A stretch of DNA of 64,000 nt from Pontiella sp. (GTDB lineage Bacteria; Verrucomicrobiota; Kiritimatiellia; Kiritimatiellales; Pontiellaceae), in NCBI GenBank assembly GCA_050290185.1, contig JBNKHE010000008.1, positions 1-64,000 on the forward strand, written 5' to 3'. The number at the start of each line of letters is the position of its first letter. The first letter of the stretch is position 1. This document shows, in pieces, positions 1-11,000 of the stretch. The notes under the pieces are model-generated. The model was not told where the DNA came from, did not search any database, and saw only the letters and a program-made list of their open reading frames with translations. The position numbers were made by a program, and so were the translations under genes.

Positions 1-6
1 ACCGTC

Positions 7-1806
7 ATGGCGCAAGTAAACAACCCAGATAAGACTTGGATCACGAACCTTCCCAAGATCGGCATCCGCCCGACCATCGATGGCCGCTACGGCGGGGTGC
101 GCGAATCCCTTGAAGACCAGGTCATGAACATGGCCAAAAGCGCGGCCGAACTACTTTCCTCGTCGCTCAAATACCCGAATGGCGAGCCGGTCGAATGCGT
201 GATTGCCGATAGCTGCATTGGCGGTGTGGCCGAAGCGGCCGCCTGCGCCGAAAAGTTTGATCGCGAAAACGTCGGCGTCTCCCTGACCGTTACGCCGTGC
301 TGGTGCTATGGCTCCGAAACGATGGATATGGATCCGCTCCGTCCCAAGGCGGTTTGGGGCTTCAACGGCACGGAACGCCCGGGCGCCGTCTACCTCGCCG
401 CCGTACTGGCCGCCCATGCGCAAAAAGGCCTGCCGGCCTTCGGCATCTACGGTCGCGACGTGCAGGATGCGGGCGATTTCTCCATCCCGGACGATGTGCG
501 CGAGAAGCTGTTGCGCTTCGTCAAGGCCGGACTTTCCGTCGCGATGATGAAGGGCAAGTCCTACCTCTCCATGGGCGGTTGCTCCATGGGCATCGGCGGT
601 TCGATCGTCGACCAGCCGTTCTTCGAGGACTATCTCGGCATGCGCGTCGAAGCGATCGACCTCACCGAATTCCACCGTCGCATCCGTGACGAAATCTTCG
701 ACCCCGCCGAGTATGAAAAGGCGCTGGCATGGGTGAAGGAAAACTGCACCGAAGGGCACGATCCAAATTCGCCCGAAACCACCCGTTCGCGCGAAAAGCT
801 CGATGCCGAATGGAAAATGTCGGTCAAGATGGCGCTGATCACCCGCGACCTGATGTACGGCAACGAGAAGCTCGACGAGCTGGGCTACAAGGAAGAGGCC
901 CGCGGGCACAACGCCATCGTCTCCGGCTTCCAGGGCCAACGCCACTGGACGGACACCTATGCCAACGGCGACTTCCTCGAAGCCATCTCCAACAGCTCCT
1001 TCGACTGGAACGGCATCCGCATGCCGCGCCTCGTGGCCACGGAAAACGATGCGCTCAACGGCGTCCCGATGATCTTCGGTCACCTGCTTACCAATACCGC
1101 GCAGGTCTTCGCCGACGTGCGCACCTACTGGAGCCCCGACGCAGTCAAGCGCGTGACGGGCTTCGAACTCGACGGCGTGGCGAAGGATGGACTCATCCAC
1201 CTGATCAACTCCGGCTCCGCCGCACTCGACGGCTGCGGTCAGCAGACGAAGAATGGCGAGCCGGCGATGAAGCCCTTCTGGGAAATCTCGGAAGAAGAAG
1301 CCAATGCCTGCCTCGATGCCACGACATGGCATCCGTCCGTTACGGAATATTTCCCCGGCGGTGGCTGGTCCTCGAAGTTCGTGACCAAGGCCGGCATGCC
1401 GATCACCATGAGCCGCGTGAACCTCGTCAAGGGACTCGGACCGGTGTTGCAGATTGCGGAAGGCTGGACGGTTGAGCTGCCCGACGAAGTGCACAAGGTG
1501 CTAGACGACCGCACCAACTCCACCTGGCCGACCACGTGGTTCGCGCCGCGCCTGACCGGCAAGGGGGCATTCGCCGATACCTACACCGTCATGGCCAAAT
1601 GGGGTGCCAACCACGGGGCCTTTAGCTACGGCCACATCGGTGCCGACTTGATTTCGCTGGCCGCCATGCTGCGCATTCCGGTCTTCATGCACAACGTCGA
1701 TGAGGCCGACATCTTCCGTCCGGCGGCGTGGAACGCATTTGGTACCGACGGCCTCGAAGGTGCCGACTTCCGCGCCTGCGGAACATATGGTCCGATCTAC
1801 AATTGA
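7..1806 (+). CDS. fucI: L-fucose isomerase
   Basis: 599 aa; [48 protein letters not shown] motifs of FucI. Confidence 0.97.
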   Translation: MAQVNNPDKTWITNLPKIGIRPTIDGRYGGVRESLEDQVMNMAKSAAELLSSSLKYPNGEPVECVIADSCIGGVAEAAACAEKFDRENVGVSLTVTPCWCYGSETMDMDPLRPKAVWGFNGTERPGAVYLAAVLAAHAQKGLPAFGIYGRDVQDAGDFSIPDDVREKLLRFVKAGLSVAMMKGKSYLSMGGCSMGIGGSIVDQPFFEDYLGMRVEAIDLTEFHRRIRDEIFDPAEYEKALAWVKENCTEGHDPNSPETTRSREKLDAEWKMSVKMALITRDLMYGNEKLDELGYKEEARGHNAIVSGFQGQRHWTDTYANGDFLEAISNSSFDWNGIRMPRLVATENDALNGVPMIFGHLLTNTAQVFADVRTYWSPDAVKRVTGFELDGVAKDGLIHLINSGSAALDGCGQQTKNGEPAMKPFWEISEEEANACLDATTWHPSVTEYFPGGGWSSKFVTKAGMPITMSRVNLVKGLGPVLQIAEGWTVELPDEVHKVLDDRTNSTWPTTWFAPRLTGKGAFADTYTVMAKWGANHGAFSYGHIGADLISLAAMLRIPVFMHNVDEADIFRPAAWNAFGTDGLEGADFRACGTYGPIYN

Positions 1807-1837
1807 TAATGATCAAGTAGACACGATCTATAGCGGG

Positions 1838-2076
1838 GTAAAGGTGGTAGGCATGGTCGCCATGCTTTCGGTATCGGGAACGGTGGTGAATGCCGCCGAA
1901 AAGGTGCATGGCGGCTGAAGTCGTGGCAGAAGAATAGTCTGGCTTGCAAGAGCCGTGCTGGAATGAAGGCTTCGGGATTGAAGCTGAAGCGTGAAGAGAT
2001 GTCCTGGCGGGAGGACGCCAAGTTCGGCTTGTTCATTTACTGGGGCTTGTATTCCATTCCCGGCCTGCTCCAGTAA
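1838..2076 (+). pseudogene. relic of an alpha-L-fucosidase (GH29) 5' end
   Basis: 1963..2076 reads MKASGLKLKREEMSWREDAKFGLFIYWGLYSIPGLLQ*, matching the GH29 WxxDAKFGxFIHWGxYSxP motif; a signal-peptide-like stretch lies upstream in another frame. Confidence 0.7.
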
Positions 2077-2353
2077 TATCTTTATTGTTATTCCATGAAA
2101 TAGCGCACACGGCAGGATTTTTACATCCCGCGGCTGGTGCGGTTAAATGGGTAACCGGAAAACGGTTGCCATTTGGCGGCGTTTTTGGTTTGTTGCGCGC
2201 CTTCGCTAGAAGCATTTTGTTTTTGGGGGGCTGTATAGCAGCATCGGCCGATAGGCCGGAGGCTGTGACTCCTTGGTACGATCTCGTTCAGTCAGGGATT
2301 GTAGTTTGAATTGCCGTCGTATTTCGTCGGCGAATTGAATAAAGGAGAGACGG

Positions 2354-3895
2354 ATGAAGTATATTACCATCTATCATGCAAACCTGAACTATGCCTACCT
2401 GCCCGAGCGCCGGTACGAGTTCGTGATCCGCAACAGCTACGAATTGATCTTCGACACCTACCGGGAAAAGCTCCCGAACGACAAGTATGTGTTCGAGGCT
2501 TCCGGCTACACCATCGAGCAGATGGCCATCAAGACGCCGGACGTGCTGGAAAAGCTAAAAGCCGCCATCGCCAGCGGACAGTGCGAATTCATGGGCTCGC
2601 CCTATGCGCACCCGATGCTGCCGAACTTTCCCGAGGAAGACGGCCGCTGGGCGATCAAGTTTGCCAACGACATTTTCCAGAAATACCTCGGCATGGTACC
2701 GAAGAGCTTCTGGAATCCGGAATGCGGCTGGCGCAGCTATGTCAAGAATCAGGTCGCAGACAACGGCTACCGCAACCTGCTGCAGGAATTCGAGCAGTAC
2801 AGCCGCTCCGTCGATGCCGACGGAAATCCGCTGCGTCCTGAAATCTATGATGTAGAGAAGATCGACAACTCGCAATTCTACAACTTTGACTTCAAGTATG
2901 ATCTGCCGGGCACCGAAAAAGCATTGCACTTCCCCTTCAAGAACCTCGAAGGCATGGAGCCCGATACGCTGCGCGTCTTTCTGCGCACCGACCGTGTGGC
3001 TGTTTTCGGTGTGCGCTATTTCATGAGCCATCCCGGCCACTCGCTGGAAAACTATGTTGAGCTGATCAAGAAGTTTTCGGCGCAGAACCCCGGCGAAGAA
3101 GAAGGCGCGATGCTCATCTATGCTGACGACGCCGAATACGTGGGCACCAACGCCTGGTACAACCTGAAGTATTGCAACGATCCCGATGCAATTTTCGAAG
3201 CCATGCCCGACGCCGAGGAAAAGCTCGTTGCGATGGTCAATGCCGTCCGCGAGCTGGGCGAATTCACCACCTTCGACGATGCCTGCAACAACCTCCCGGC
3301 CATCGAAGACAAGATTACCTTCAACGACAACATGTCGTGGCACGGTGGACAGGCTTCCAACTGGTCCGGCACGCCGATGGCCCAGTTGCTCCGTCCGTGG
3401 CAGCAGCTGGTACGCGATAAGCTCAAGGACGTCGAAGGCGATCTTCCGCAGGAAATGTTGGAGCGTGTGTGGTTCCACCTCACCAACTCCTACAACTCCG
3501 ATGGACAGTGGCCGCCCACGACCAAGGCATCGCCGCACTTCATCTTCCCGTTCAACTACAACTACAACTTCCAGAACCTGCTGACGGCCGAAATGCTGCT
3601 TGGCGGCGTCGACCGCTCGCAGCTCGACACCGATCCGGTCGCTACCATGAAAGCCATCTTCACGATGCAGCAGGATCTTGTGCTCGAAAAGGCCGACCAG
3701 TTGCTGGCCAGCGGAACGGAGCAGGAAAAGAAGGATGCTGCGTTCGCGAAGGATCTGATCTTCCGCTCGCGCGATACCTCGACGATTGCGCCGGAGGCCA
3801 AGGTCCTTTTCCCGGCGGAGTACGAAATCCGCGCCGAAGCGCTGATCAAGGCACGCCAGCTCGTAGGCGGCGTGGTCGTGGCCGGCGACAAGTAG
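2354..3895 (+). CDS. glycoside hydrolase family 57-like protein
   Basis: HANLNY N-terminus, EFMGSPYAHP, FWNPECGW (nucleophile Glu region), ADDAE (acid/base region); AAGGAG RBS; no signal peptide. Confidence 0.75.
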   Translation: MKYITIYHANLNYAYLPERRYEFVIRNSYELIFDTYREKLPNDKYVFEASGYTIEQMAIKTPDVLEKLKAAIASGQCEFMGSPYAHPMLPNFPEEDGRWAIKFANDIFQKYLGMVPKSFWNPECGWRSYVKNQVADNGYRNLLQEFEQYSRSVDADGNPLRPEIYDVEKIDNSQFYNFDFKYDLPGTEKALHFPFKNLEGMEPDTLRVFLRTDRVAVFGVRYFMSHPGHSLENYVELIKKFSAQNPGEEEGAMLIYADDAEYVGTNAWYNLKYCNDPDAIFEAMPDAEEKLVAMVNAVRELGEFTTFDDACNNLPAIEDKITFNDNMSWHGGQASNWSGTPMAQLLRPWQQLVRDKLKDVEGDLPQEMLERVWFHLTNSYNSDGQWPPTTKASPHFIFPFNYNYNFQNLLTAEMLLGGVDRSQLDTDPVATMKAIFTMQQDLVLEKADQLLASGTEQEKKDAAFAKDLIFRSRDTSTIAPEAKVLFPAEYEIRAEALIKARQLVGGVVVAGDK

Positions 3896-3918
3896 TCAGG
3901 CAACTTCCGCGAAAAACA

Positions 3919-3950
3919 AAAACGCCGCATTGGTATCAATGCGGCGTTTT
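3919..3950. terminator. bidirectional intrinsic terminator
   Basis: AAAACGCCGCATTG-GTAT-CAATGCGGCGTTTT between convergent genes. Confidence 0.85.
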
Positions 3951-3970
3951 CTTTGCGCGTGGCTTTGCGC

Positions 3971-5068
3971 TCAAGAGGAAAATACGCTCAGATCCCATTC
4001 ATCGCGCCAGGCGATTTTGACCGTTTCGCAGCCATCGGGCGTTTGATTGAATTCGATGGGTTGCCAGATATAGCGGCCGTCGATGGCGTTTTCCGGACAC
4101 CAGCGGTCGGCCATGAAGATAAAGGCGTTGGGATTGCCTTCGACCGGAAGGACGTAGGTTCCCTGTCCGCCGAAGGTGAGATGTTCATCGGGCCCATCGC
4201 AGGGGTTGTCGCGTTCCATCCAGGGGCCGAAGATGGAGGTGGCCACGGCATAGCGTGCGGCGTTGGGCGCCCATCCCGTGCAGCCCGAGGCGATAAAGTG
4301 GTATTTCCCGTTGTGCTTGAAAACCGTCGGCGCTTCCATCCAGCGCGCCACGAAGGCCCGCGCATATTTCCCGGTGTGGTCCAGATAATCGTCCGTTAGT
4401 TCGGCGATATGGGTCGTACTGTTGCACTCGGAGGAATAGATGTGATAGGCCGTGCCGTCGTCATCCACGAACAGGGTCATGTCGCGCGACATCTGTCCTT
4501 CGATGTAGCCGCGTCCAAGCAGGTTCAAAGAGTCGGGGTGGTCGGGTAAGGCACCACCGCCAAAATAGGTTTCCATCACTTCCGGACGCACTGGTTCCTT
4601 GTGAAAATCCTCCACATTGATGGGCCAGACGCCTTTATTCGGGCGGAAGCTGCGGACGTATGTGTAGGGACCGGCCGGGGTGTCGCTGATGGCTGTACCG
4701 CACATGGCGGCGGAATAGCCTTTGCGCTTCAGTTCATGGTGGAACCACATCACAAACTTGCCGGTCTTGGCGTTGAAAATGACTTTCGGTCGTTCGATAA
4801 TGCATCCAGCGGTCAAGGGATGATCTGGATTCTCATGGGTGACGGAAAGGGCGATGCCTTCGTCGGTCCAGTTGTACAGATCGATTGAGCTGTAGACATG
4901 GACGCCCACATGGGCCACGTTGCCAGCCTCGCCTTCGATCTTGTGTTCCCCGAACCAGTAGTAGATTCCTTTATGATGAAGAACGCCGCCGCCGTGGGCG
5001 TTGATGTGTACATCGTTGTTGTCGAGCCAAGGTTCATCAGGCGTGAATATGCTGTAGGAGTCCTGCAT
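3971..5068 (-). CDS. glycoside hydrolase family 43 (GH43_24/37-like)
   Basis: INAHGGG, YYWFGEHK, IERPKVIFN, SRDMTLFVDDDG, EAP, FMADRW motifs. Confidence 0.88.
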   Translation of the reverse strand: MQDSYSIFTPDEPWLDNNDVHINAHGGGVLHHKGIYYWFGEHKIEGEAGNVAHVGVHVYSSIDLYNWTDEGIALSVTHENPDHPLTAGCIIERPKVIFNAKTGKFVMWFHHELKRKGYSAAMCGTAISDTPAGPYTYVRSFRPNKGVWPINVEDFHKEPVRPEVMETYFGGGALPDHPDSLNLLGRGYIEGQMSRDMTLFVDDDGTAYHIYSSECNSTTHIAELTDDYLDHTGKYARAFVARWMEAPTVFKHNGKYHFIASGCTGWAPNAARYAVATSIFGPWMERDNPCDGPDEHLTFGGQGTYVLPVEGNPNAFIFMADRWCPENAIDGRYIWQPIEFNQTPDGCETVKIAWRDEWDLSVFSS

Positions 5069-5325
5069 GTAACTTATTCCTTATATTCGGGGCAAATAAA
5101 CACTAAATCCTATCAAGCGCCTCACTACCATGGAAACTACGTATGCAATACATGTTTCACAGTTAAACACAAACCGCTATGGATCTAATGCTTTAAATTT
5201 CTTCAGAGGATTTCTCCCCGTAAATTATGCTTTCGCGGCCTGCGGCTCACACGGGCTGGTTGTGGCAATACAATGCCGATCGCCTGACCAATGGGCAGTG
5301 CGTGGTATCCCGGGAGTTGGTGGAG

Positions 5326-7698
5326 CTACTTCATCAACCTGACTTCGTAGACGCCGCCGGCGACGGAGTTGGGTTCCGCCTCGAACTTGACGGTGAAGAC
5401 GCCGTCGGCGGCTTTAGCGACCTCGGTTGGGATGGGGTAGTCGACGGTGAAGAACGAATCGCCGTGGGAGCCATCCAGTTTCTCTGTGGCTACGACTGAA
5501 CCGTTGATAAGCACCTTGAAGTTGCGGTTGCGATCGGCGCCAAAATACATGACCCGCAGTTTCTTGGCCTCGCGTTTCTTGTCTTGGAGGATGTAGCTGA
5601 ACCAGCCGGAGGCGTCGCGCCAGTGCCGGTTTCTGAAGGCTCCGATCTTCGAGTGATCACTATCGACAAAGTGATCCGATTCCGGTTGCTGTTCCCCGGC
5701 ATAGACCATGTCGATCGTGGCGGCATCAAGGTGCTGTTTTTCTGCCTCTTCGGCAGCCATCCTGGATTCCATGGCCTGGATTTCCTCGGCCGTTTCAGTG
5801 CGCCAGTAAATGATATAGCGGGACTCGTGAAGCCGGAAGAAGGGAATCAACTGCAGGTTCTTGTAGAGCGGCGAAACCAAGTGATCGATGGAGAAGGTCA
5901 GCGGCTTTCCGGGAACCGGCTTAAGATCGTCGGTCAGTGTGGCGGGATTTCCCGCGATGACCGGCATTTCGCTCAGCGAGATCTTGTTGCCGGCCGCGAC
6001 ATGTCCGCCGCGACTGTCGTCTGCAAACAGGCCAGGTATGTCGTGGTCCGTTGTCTTTGCAGCCAGAACAATGGGGCCGTAGCGGAAGGAGTAGTAGTTT
6101 TTTCCGTCGGGCAGTTGCTCGGCCTCCAGATGCATGGGCATTTCCATCTCGACGGTGTCGCCTTTTTTCCATGTGCGCTTGAGGGCGATGTACTCGCCGG
6201 GCTTGGCATCAACGCTTTGTGCTTCGCCGTTGAGGGTGAGCTTGAGACTGCCTTCCTTGACCCACGCGGGGTAGCGCAGTTTCAAGGTGAAGTACGTCGG
6301 TTTGGCCGCATCGATACGGAACGTGGTTTTGGGTTCGTCGGGGAATTTGGTTTGCTGGGTCAGCACCACGCCCTTGTCCTGCCAGCGGACGGCGGAAGCA
6401 ATGAAGAGGTTGACATACAGTTCGTCGTGGCTGTGGGCGTAGATCAAATCGCCATACTTGGCATGGTTTTCCAGCCCCGAGCCCACACAGCACCAGAAGC
6501 AGGTCTGGGGTTGCGAGTAGACGCGGTAATGGCCTGGTCGCATCGGCGTGAAATAGACGAAACCGCCCTTGTCTGGGTGCTGGGTCGAGAGGATGTGGTT
6601 GTAGAGCGCGCGCTCGAAGTATTCGATATAGCGGTCCTGCGGGTCGGACAGGAACAGCAGCCTGGTGAGCTTAAGCATATTGTAGGTGTTGCAGGTTTCC
6701 GGCCCCTGTTCGCTGTCGATCATTGAGTTGAAATCATTAACGGGGTGGAAATGTTCGCGCACGCTGTTGCCGCCGATGGATACTGAGCGTTTTTTGGTTA
6801 CGTCCTCCCAGAAGAATGCGGCGGCATCGCTCCACGCCTTGTCACCGTCGAGATCGGCAATGCGCTTGTAGCCAATAACCTTGGGTATCTGTGTGTTGGC
6901 GTGCATGCCGGTCAGGATGTCCTTCTGTTGCATGAGCGGTTCGAGCAGGGATTTCTGCGAGAAGCGGCGGGCCAGCTTCATGTATTTGTTGTTGCCGGTA
7001 ATGGCGGCGACATCGGCAAACACTTCATTGAGTCCGCCATGCTCGCTACGCAGCATGTCCTGGATCTGTGCATCGCTAAGATCCTCAGTAATGTCAATCA
7101 TCCAGTCGGTCAGCTTGATCAACATCTTCTTTGCATCCCGGTTGCCTCCGTATAGATAGGCGTCGCGCAGGCCGGAAAAGGTCTTGTGGATGTTGTAGAG
7201 CGGGACCCAGCGTTCGTTCAGACCAAAGGCCCCCGCGCGGATGTTGCCGTTCTTGATCTCCTGCCACATTTTTTTGCCATCCGGAATGCCCCCGAGATAG
7301 CCGTCCCCGTTTTCCTGCTGTGCATGGTTTAGCTGGTCGATCATGTCGTCGAGCCGATCCTTGAAACGCTCGTCGCCAGTGGAGGCATACATCATGGACA
7401 GTGCCGAGAGATAATGTCCGCCAATGTGCCCGCAGAGTCCGCCTTCCTTGCCGTCGCTTTCCCAGTTGGGGTAGTACGCCTTCGTTGCATGCAGGCCGGC
7501 TTCGCGCAGGAACGGCGCCAGCAGGCGGTCCTCATCCATCTCAAGCATGTAATCCATGTCGACCTGTTCGGCCTGCTTGAACGGGCCATCGAGCAACCGC
7601 ACGTCGGACAGGTCGAACGCTTCGAGTTTTTCGGGGGCCTGCGCGATGCACAGGACGGGAACCAGATAAAGCATTGATACCGCAAGTTTTTTATACAT
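5326..7698 (-). CDS. secreted beta-L-arabinofuranosidase, GH127/GH146 family
   Basis: signal peptide; GHIGGHYLSA, EHGGLNE, HANTQIPK, ETCNTYNMLK, FWCC motifs. Confidence 0.9.
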   Translation of the reverse strand: MYKKLAVSMLYLVPVLCIAQAPEKLEAFDLSDVRLLDGPFKQAEQVDMDYMLEMDEDRLLAPFLREAGLHATKAYYPNWESDGKEGGLCGHIGGHYLSALSMMYASTGDERFKDRLDDMIDQLNHAQQENGDGYLGGIPDGKKMWQEIKNGNIRAGAFGLNERWVPLYNIHKTFSGLRDAYLYGGNRDAKKMLIKLTDWMIDITEDLSDAQIQDMLRSEHGGLNEVFADVAAITGNNKYMKLARRFSQKSLLEPLMQQKDILTGMHANTQIPKVIGYKRIADLDGDKAWSDAAAFFWEDVTKKRSVSIGGNSVREHFHPVNDFNSMIDSEQGPETCNTYNMLKLTRLLFLSDPQDRYIEYFERALYNHILSTQHPDKGGFVYFTPMRPGHYRVYSQPQTCFWCCVGSGLENHAKYGDLIYAHSHDELYVNLFIASAVRWQDKGVVLTQQTKFPDEPKTTFRIDAAKPTYFTLKLRYPAWVKEGSLKLTLNGEAQSVDAKPGEYIALKRTWKKGDTVEMEMPMHLEAEQLPDGKNYYSFRYGPIVLAAKTTDHDIPGLFADDSRGGHVAAGNKISLSEMPVIAGNPATLTDDLKPVPGKPLTFSIDHLVSPLYKNLQLIPFFRLHESRYIIYWRTETAEEIQAMESRMAAEEAEKQHLDAATIDMVYAGEQQPESDHFVDSDHSKIGAFRNRHWRDASGWFSYILQDKKREAKKLRVMYFGADRNRNFKVLINGSVVATEKLDGSHGDSFFTVDYPIPTEVAKAADGVFTVKFEAEPNSVAGGVYEVRLMK

Positions 7699-8006
7699 AG
7701 GACCTCTTTAAAAATATGGATTCTTCGCCGGATTCTGTCCGTAACGACCACAGAAATATACACGTCACATATATATGCGATATTATTTCATGATTCACGC
7801 CAAATTTTTCCGGTCGATGCGGTGGGGAAGTGGTCCGCAATCGAAAGGTTTCCTGTTTATGTTGGCGGAAACGAGGAACTTTTATCGCTTTGCTTAATAG
7901 CGGCAACTCTGTGCTGTAGTATCTTGATCTCAAGGTTTCTGGAACTCGGTCTTCCGAATACATGGTATTGAATATCAGGAAAAACAGTTTTTAAACAAAA
8001 GGAAAT

Positions 8007-11000
8007 ATGAAATCTCGCATAATACATACCGGAATTCTCGTGGTTGTTGCATTGTCTTTGACGACAACGACTCAAGCCGCCTTGAGCGTATCCAATGGCG
8101 ATTTTGAGAGCAACCCTTCGCAATCCACCGATGTGAATGGGTGGTTCGATACCATCTCCGCCTCCCCGGCCAACTGGTGGGAAGCCACCTGGGCGGGGCC
8201 GAACAACTCTCCCAATGGTGGATCCGTACTTGGATTAAGCTACATGAATTCGACGCTGAACTGGGCCTACCAAAGCATCGGCATCAACGACACGGCCGTT
8301 ACCAATCTCTCCATCCAGTATGATGTCGGATCTTTTACCGATGCCGGCGGTGCGCGGGATATCGGGTTGACCTTCTCGGTGTATGAATCCGATGGCTCCT
8401 TCGTTGGGGCCGATGATAGCGATATAGACGGCGCGGCAGGCGCTACACTGATCGATTCAATCACCGTCTATTCCGGCGCCCTCAGTGCCGGGCAGATGAT
8501 CTCCAATCAGTCCGTCATGCTTGATTTGAGTTCGGCCGGTACCAATTCAGAACTGTTTCTGCGTATCCAGAACGAAGTGGGCAGTACGGGCGAACCGTGG
8601 GGCGCCGTTGACAACTTATCCTTCAACACCGGCACGAACACCTCGCCACCCGTGACCACCAACACGACGCCTTTCACGAACGTGCTGGTCGAGGCCGAGT
8701 CGTTCGGTCTCGACCGGGTCCGGTTGCTCGACAGCCGCTTCAAGGATATGCAGGAACTGCATCGCACCGGGTATCTGGCCTGGGTTGATCCCGATCGGCT
8801 TCTCAGTCCATTTCGTTATAACGCTGGTCTCAGTACGCTCGGTGCATCGGATCTCGGGGGATGGGAAAATTCGACGAACGGTTTCACGCGCGGCCACATG
8901 GCCGGCCACTATCTGTCGGCGGCTTCGAAAATGTATGCCTCCACGGGCGACACCAACTACCTGCCGAAGGTCCAGTACCTTGTCGCCGAGTTGAAAAAAT
9001 GCCAGGATGCCTTGAGGGTTTCCGAAGAATCCTCCGGACGCCCCTACGGCTACCTCTCAGCCTTTCCGTCGTCCTGGTTCGATGGGCTGGAAACCAATCC
9101 GCACGGCTGGAACAATGTACCGTTCTACACCATCCATAAAATCATAGCCGGGCTGATTGATGCGTATAAATACTGCGGGAACGATCAGGCGTTGGACAGC
9201 GCCATCGACATGTCGGACTATCACAGTTGGCGCGTAAGCCGGCTCACGGATTCCCAGATCGAAGAAATGTTCCGGACGGATAACGGCAACTCGGAAGAGT
9301 GGGGCGGCATGAACGAGTCGCTTACCGAACTCTATCTGCTCTCCAATGCACGTGGCGACACGAACGCCACGCGGCATCTCGATTTTGCCAAGGTGTTCGA
9401 CCGCGACTGGTTTATCAATCCACTGGAATCGAATACGGACCAGCTGAACGGCCTGCACGCCAATACCCACGTGCCGCAGGTAGTGGGTTTTGCCCATCTT
9501 GCCTCCGTGCTGAGCACAAACGATACCGAGCGCGCACGCCTCTACACGGCGGCCGGCAACTTCTGGAACATGGTCGTTAGTGATCATTCGTTCGTGTTGG
9601 GCGGAAACAGCTATGCCGAGCATTTCAGCACGCCCGGCAAGGAGACCGGCACCGGCGGTTCGGCGCTGTCCTGGAATACTGCGGAGACCTGCAACACCTA
9701 CAATATGCTCAAGTTGACGGGGGAACTCATGCAGCATAACCCGAGCGCGGCCTATGCCGATTATTACGAACGTGCGCTCTACAACCACATCCTCGCCTCC
9801 ATTTCGCCGGAAACCGGCATGGCCACCTATTTCGTGTCGATGGAGCCGGGACACTTCAAGACCTACGGGTTGCCCGAGGGTTCCTGTTGGTGCTGCACTG
9901 GTTCCGGGCTTGAGAATCCCGCCCAATATGGTCAATACATTTATCAGCACCGGGATGACACACTATGGGTAAATCTCTTCATCCCCTCTACGCTCGACTG
10001 GAGCGAACAGGGTATTCAACTGCAGATGGATACCTCGTTCCCGAACTCCGATCAGATCCAGCTTTCCCTGGGGTGTGCTTCCCCGGTTCATGCCAGCATC
10101 CGCCTCCGCATTCCGGACTGGATTGCTTCGTCCGCCACCGTCCAGGTGAATGGTGCGGTTCAAAGCGTCGCGGCTTCGGCCGGTAGTTACACGGAACTGG
10201 ACCGAACATGGAACGACGGCGATATAATCACGTTGACCTTGCCCATGAACCTGCGCCTCGACCGATCCATGGACGATGCAACGCAGATCTCGATGTTCTA
10301 CGGACCCGTCCTGCTGGCTGGCGATCTTGGAACGAACAACCTACCCGGAAACTTCCAGGAAACGAAGGATCAATGGGATTTCGAGAATGTATCCGATGTG
10401 GCCGCTCCTTCGCTGATGGCTTCCGATGCCGAGAATCTTTCTAGCTGGGTGCACTCAACGTCCACATCACTCGTTTTTACCGTCGATACGGCACTTGCCG
10501 GTGCAGCCTCCCGGGGAACTGTCTTGCTGAAACCGTTCTACGACACGCACCATACCCGCTATACCGTCTATTGGAATCTGATCGCGCCGGCGGCCTTTTC
10601 CTCCTGGAATGGCGGAGTTTCAAGAGCGTGGAGCGAATCCGGCAACTGGGATGCCGTTCCTTCGACCGACTATGGCCTGCGCTTTGCCGCTTCGGCGGGT
10701 GGAACCTTGCAGAATGATTATGCCTCGGGTACGGCGTTCAATGGACTGGATTTTCCGGCCGGGGGAGGGGCCTACACCCTGAATGGCAATGCGGTCGATT
10801 TGTTCGGCGACATCGTGAATGATTCCTCCCAAACGCAAGCCATCAACCTGCCCCTGGCCTTGCAGGACGGGTTGTCCTGGTACTTCGACGCGAACGGGGC
10901 CGATATTGAGCTGGGCGGTACGCTCTCCGGCTCAGGCGTGATCGTCAAGCACGGCGCAAATACGTTAAGCGTTCTTTCGAATGCTGCATTCAACGGATCG

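Noticed and set aside
151..1494. 447-aa ORF antisense to fucI
   Set aside because: Shadow frame of a high-GC gene; no recognisable motifs
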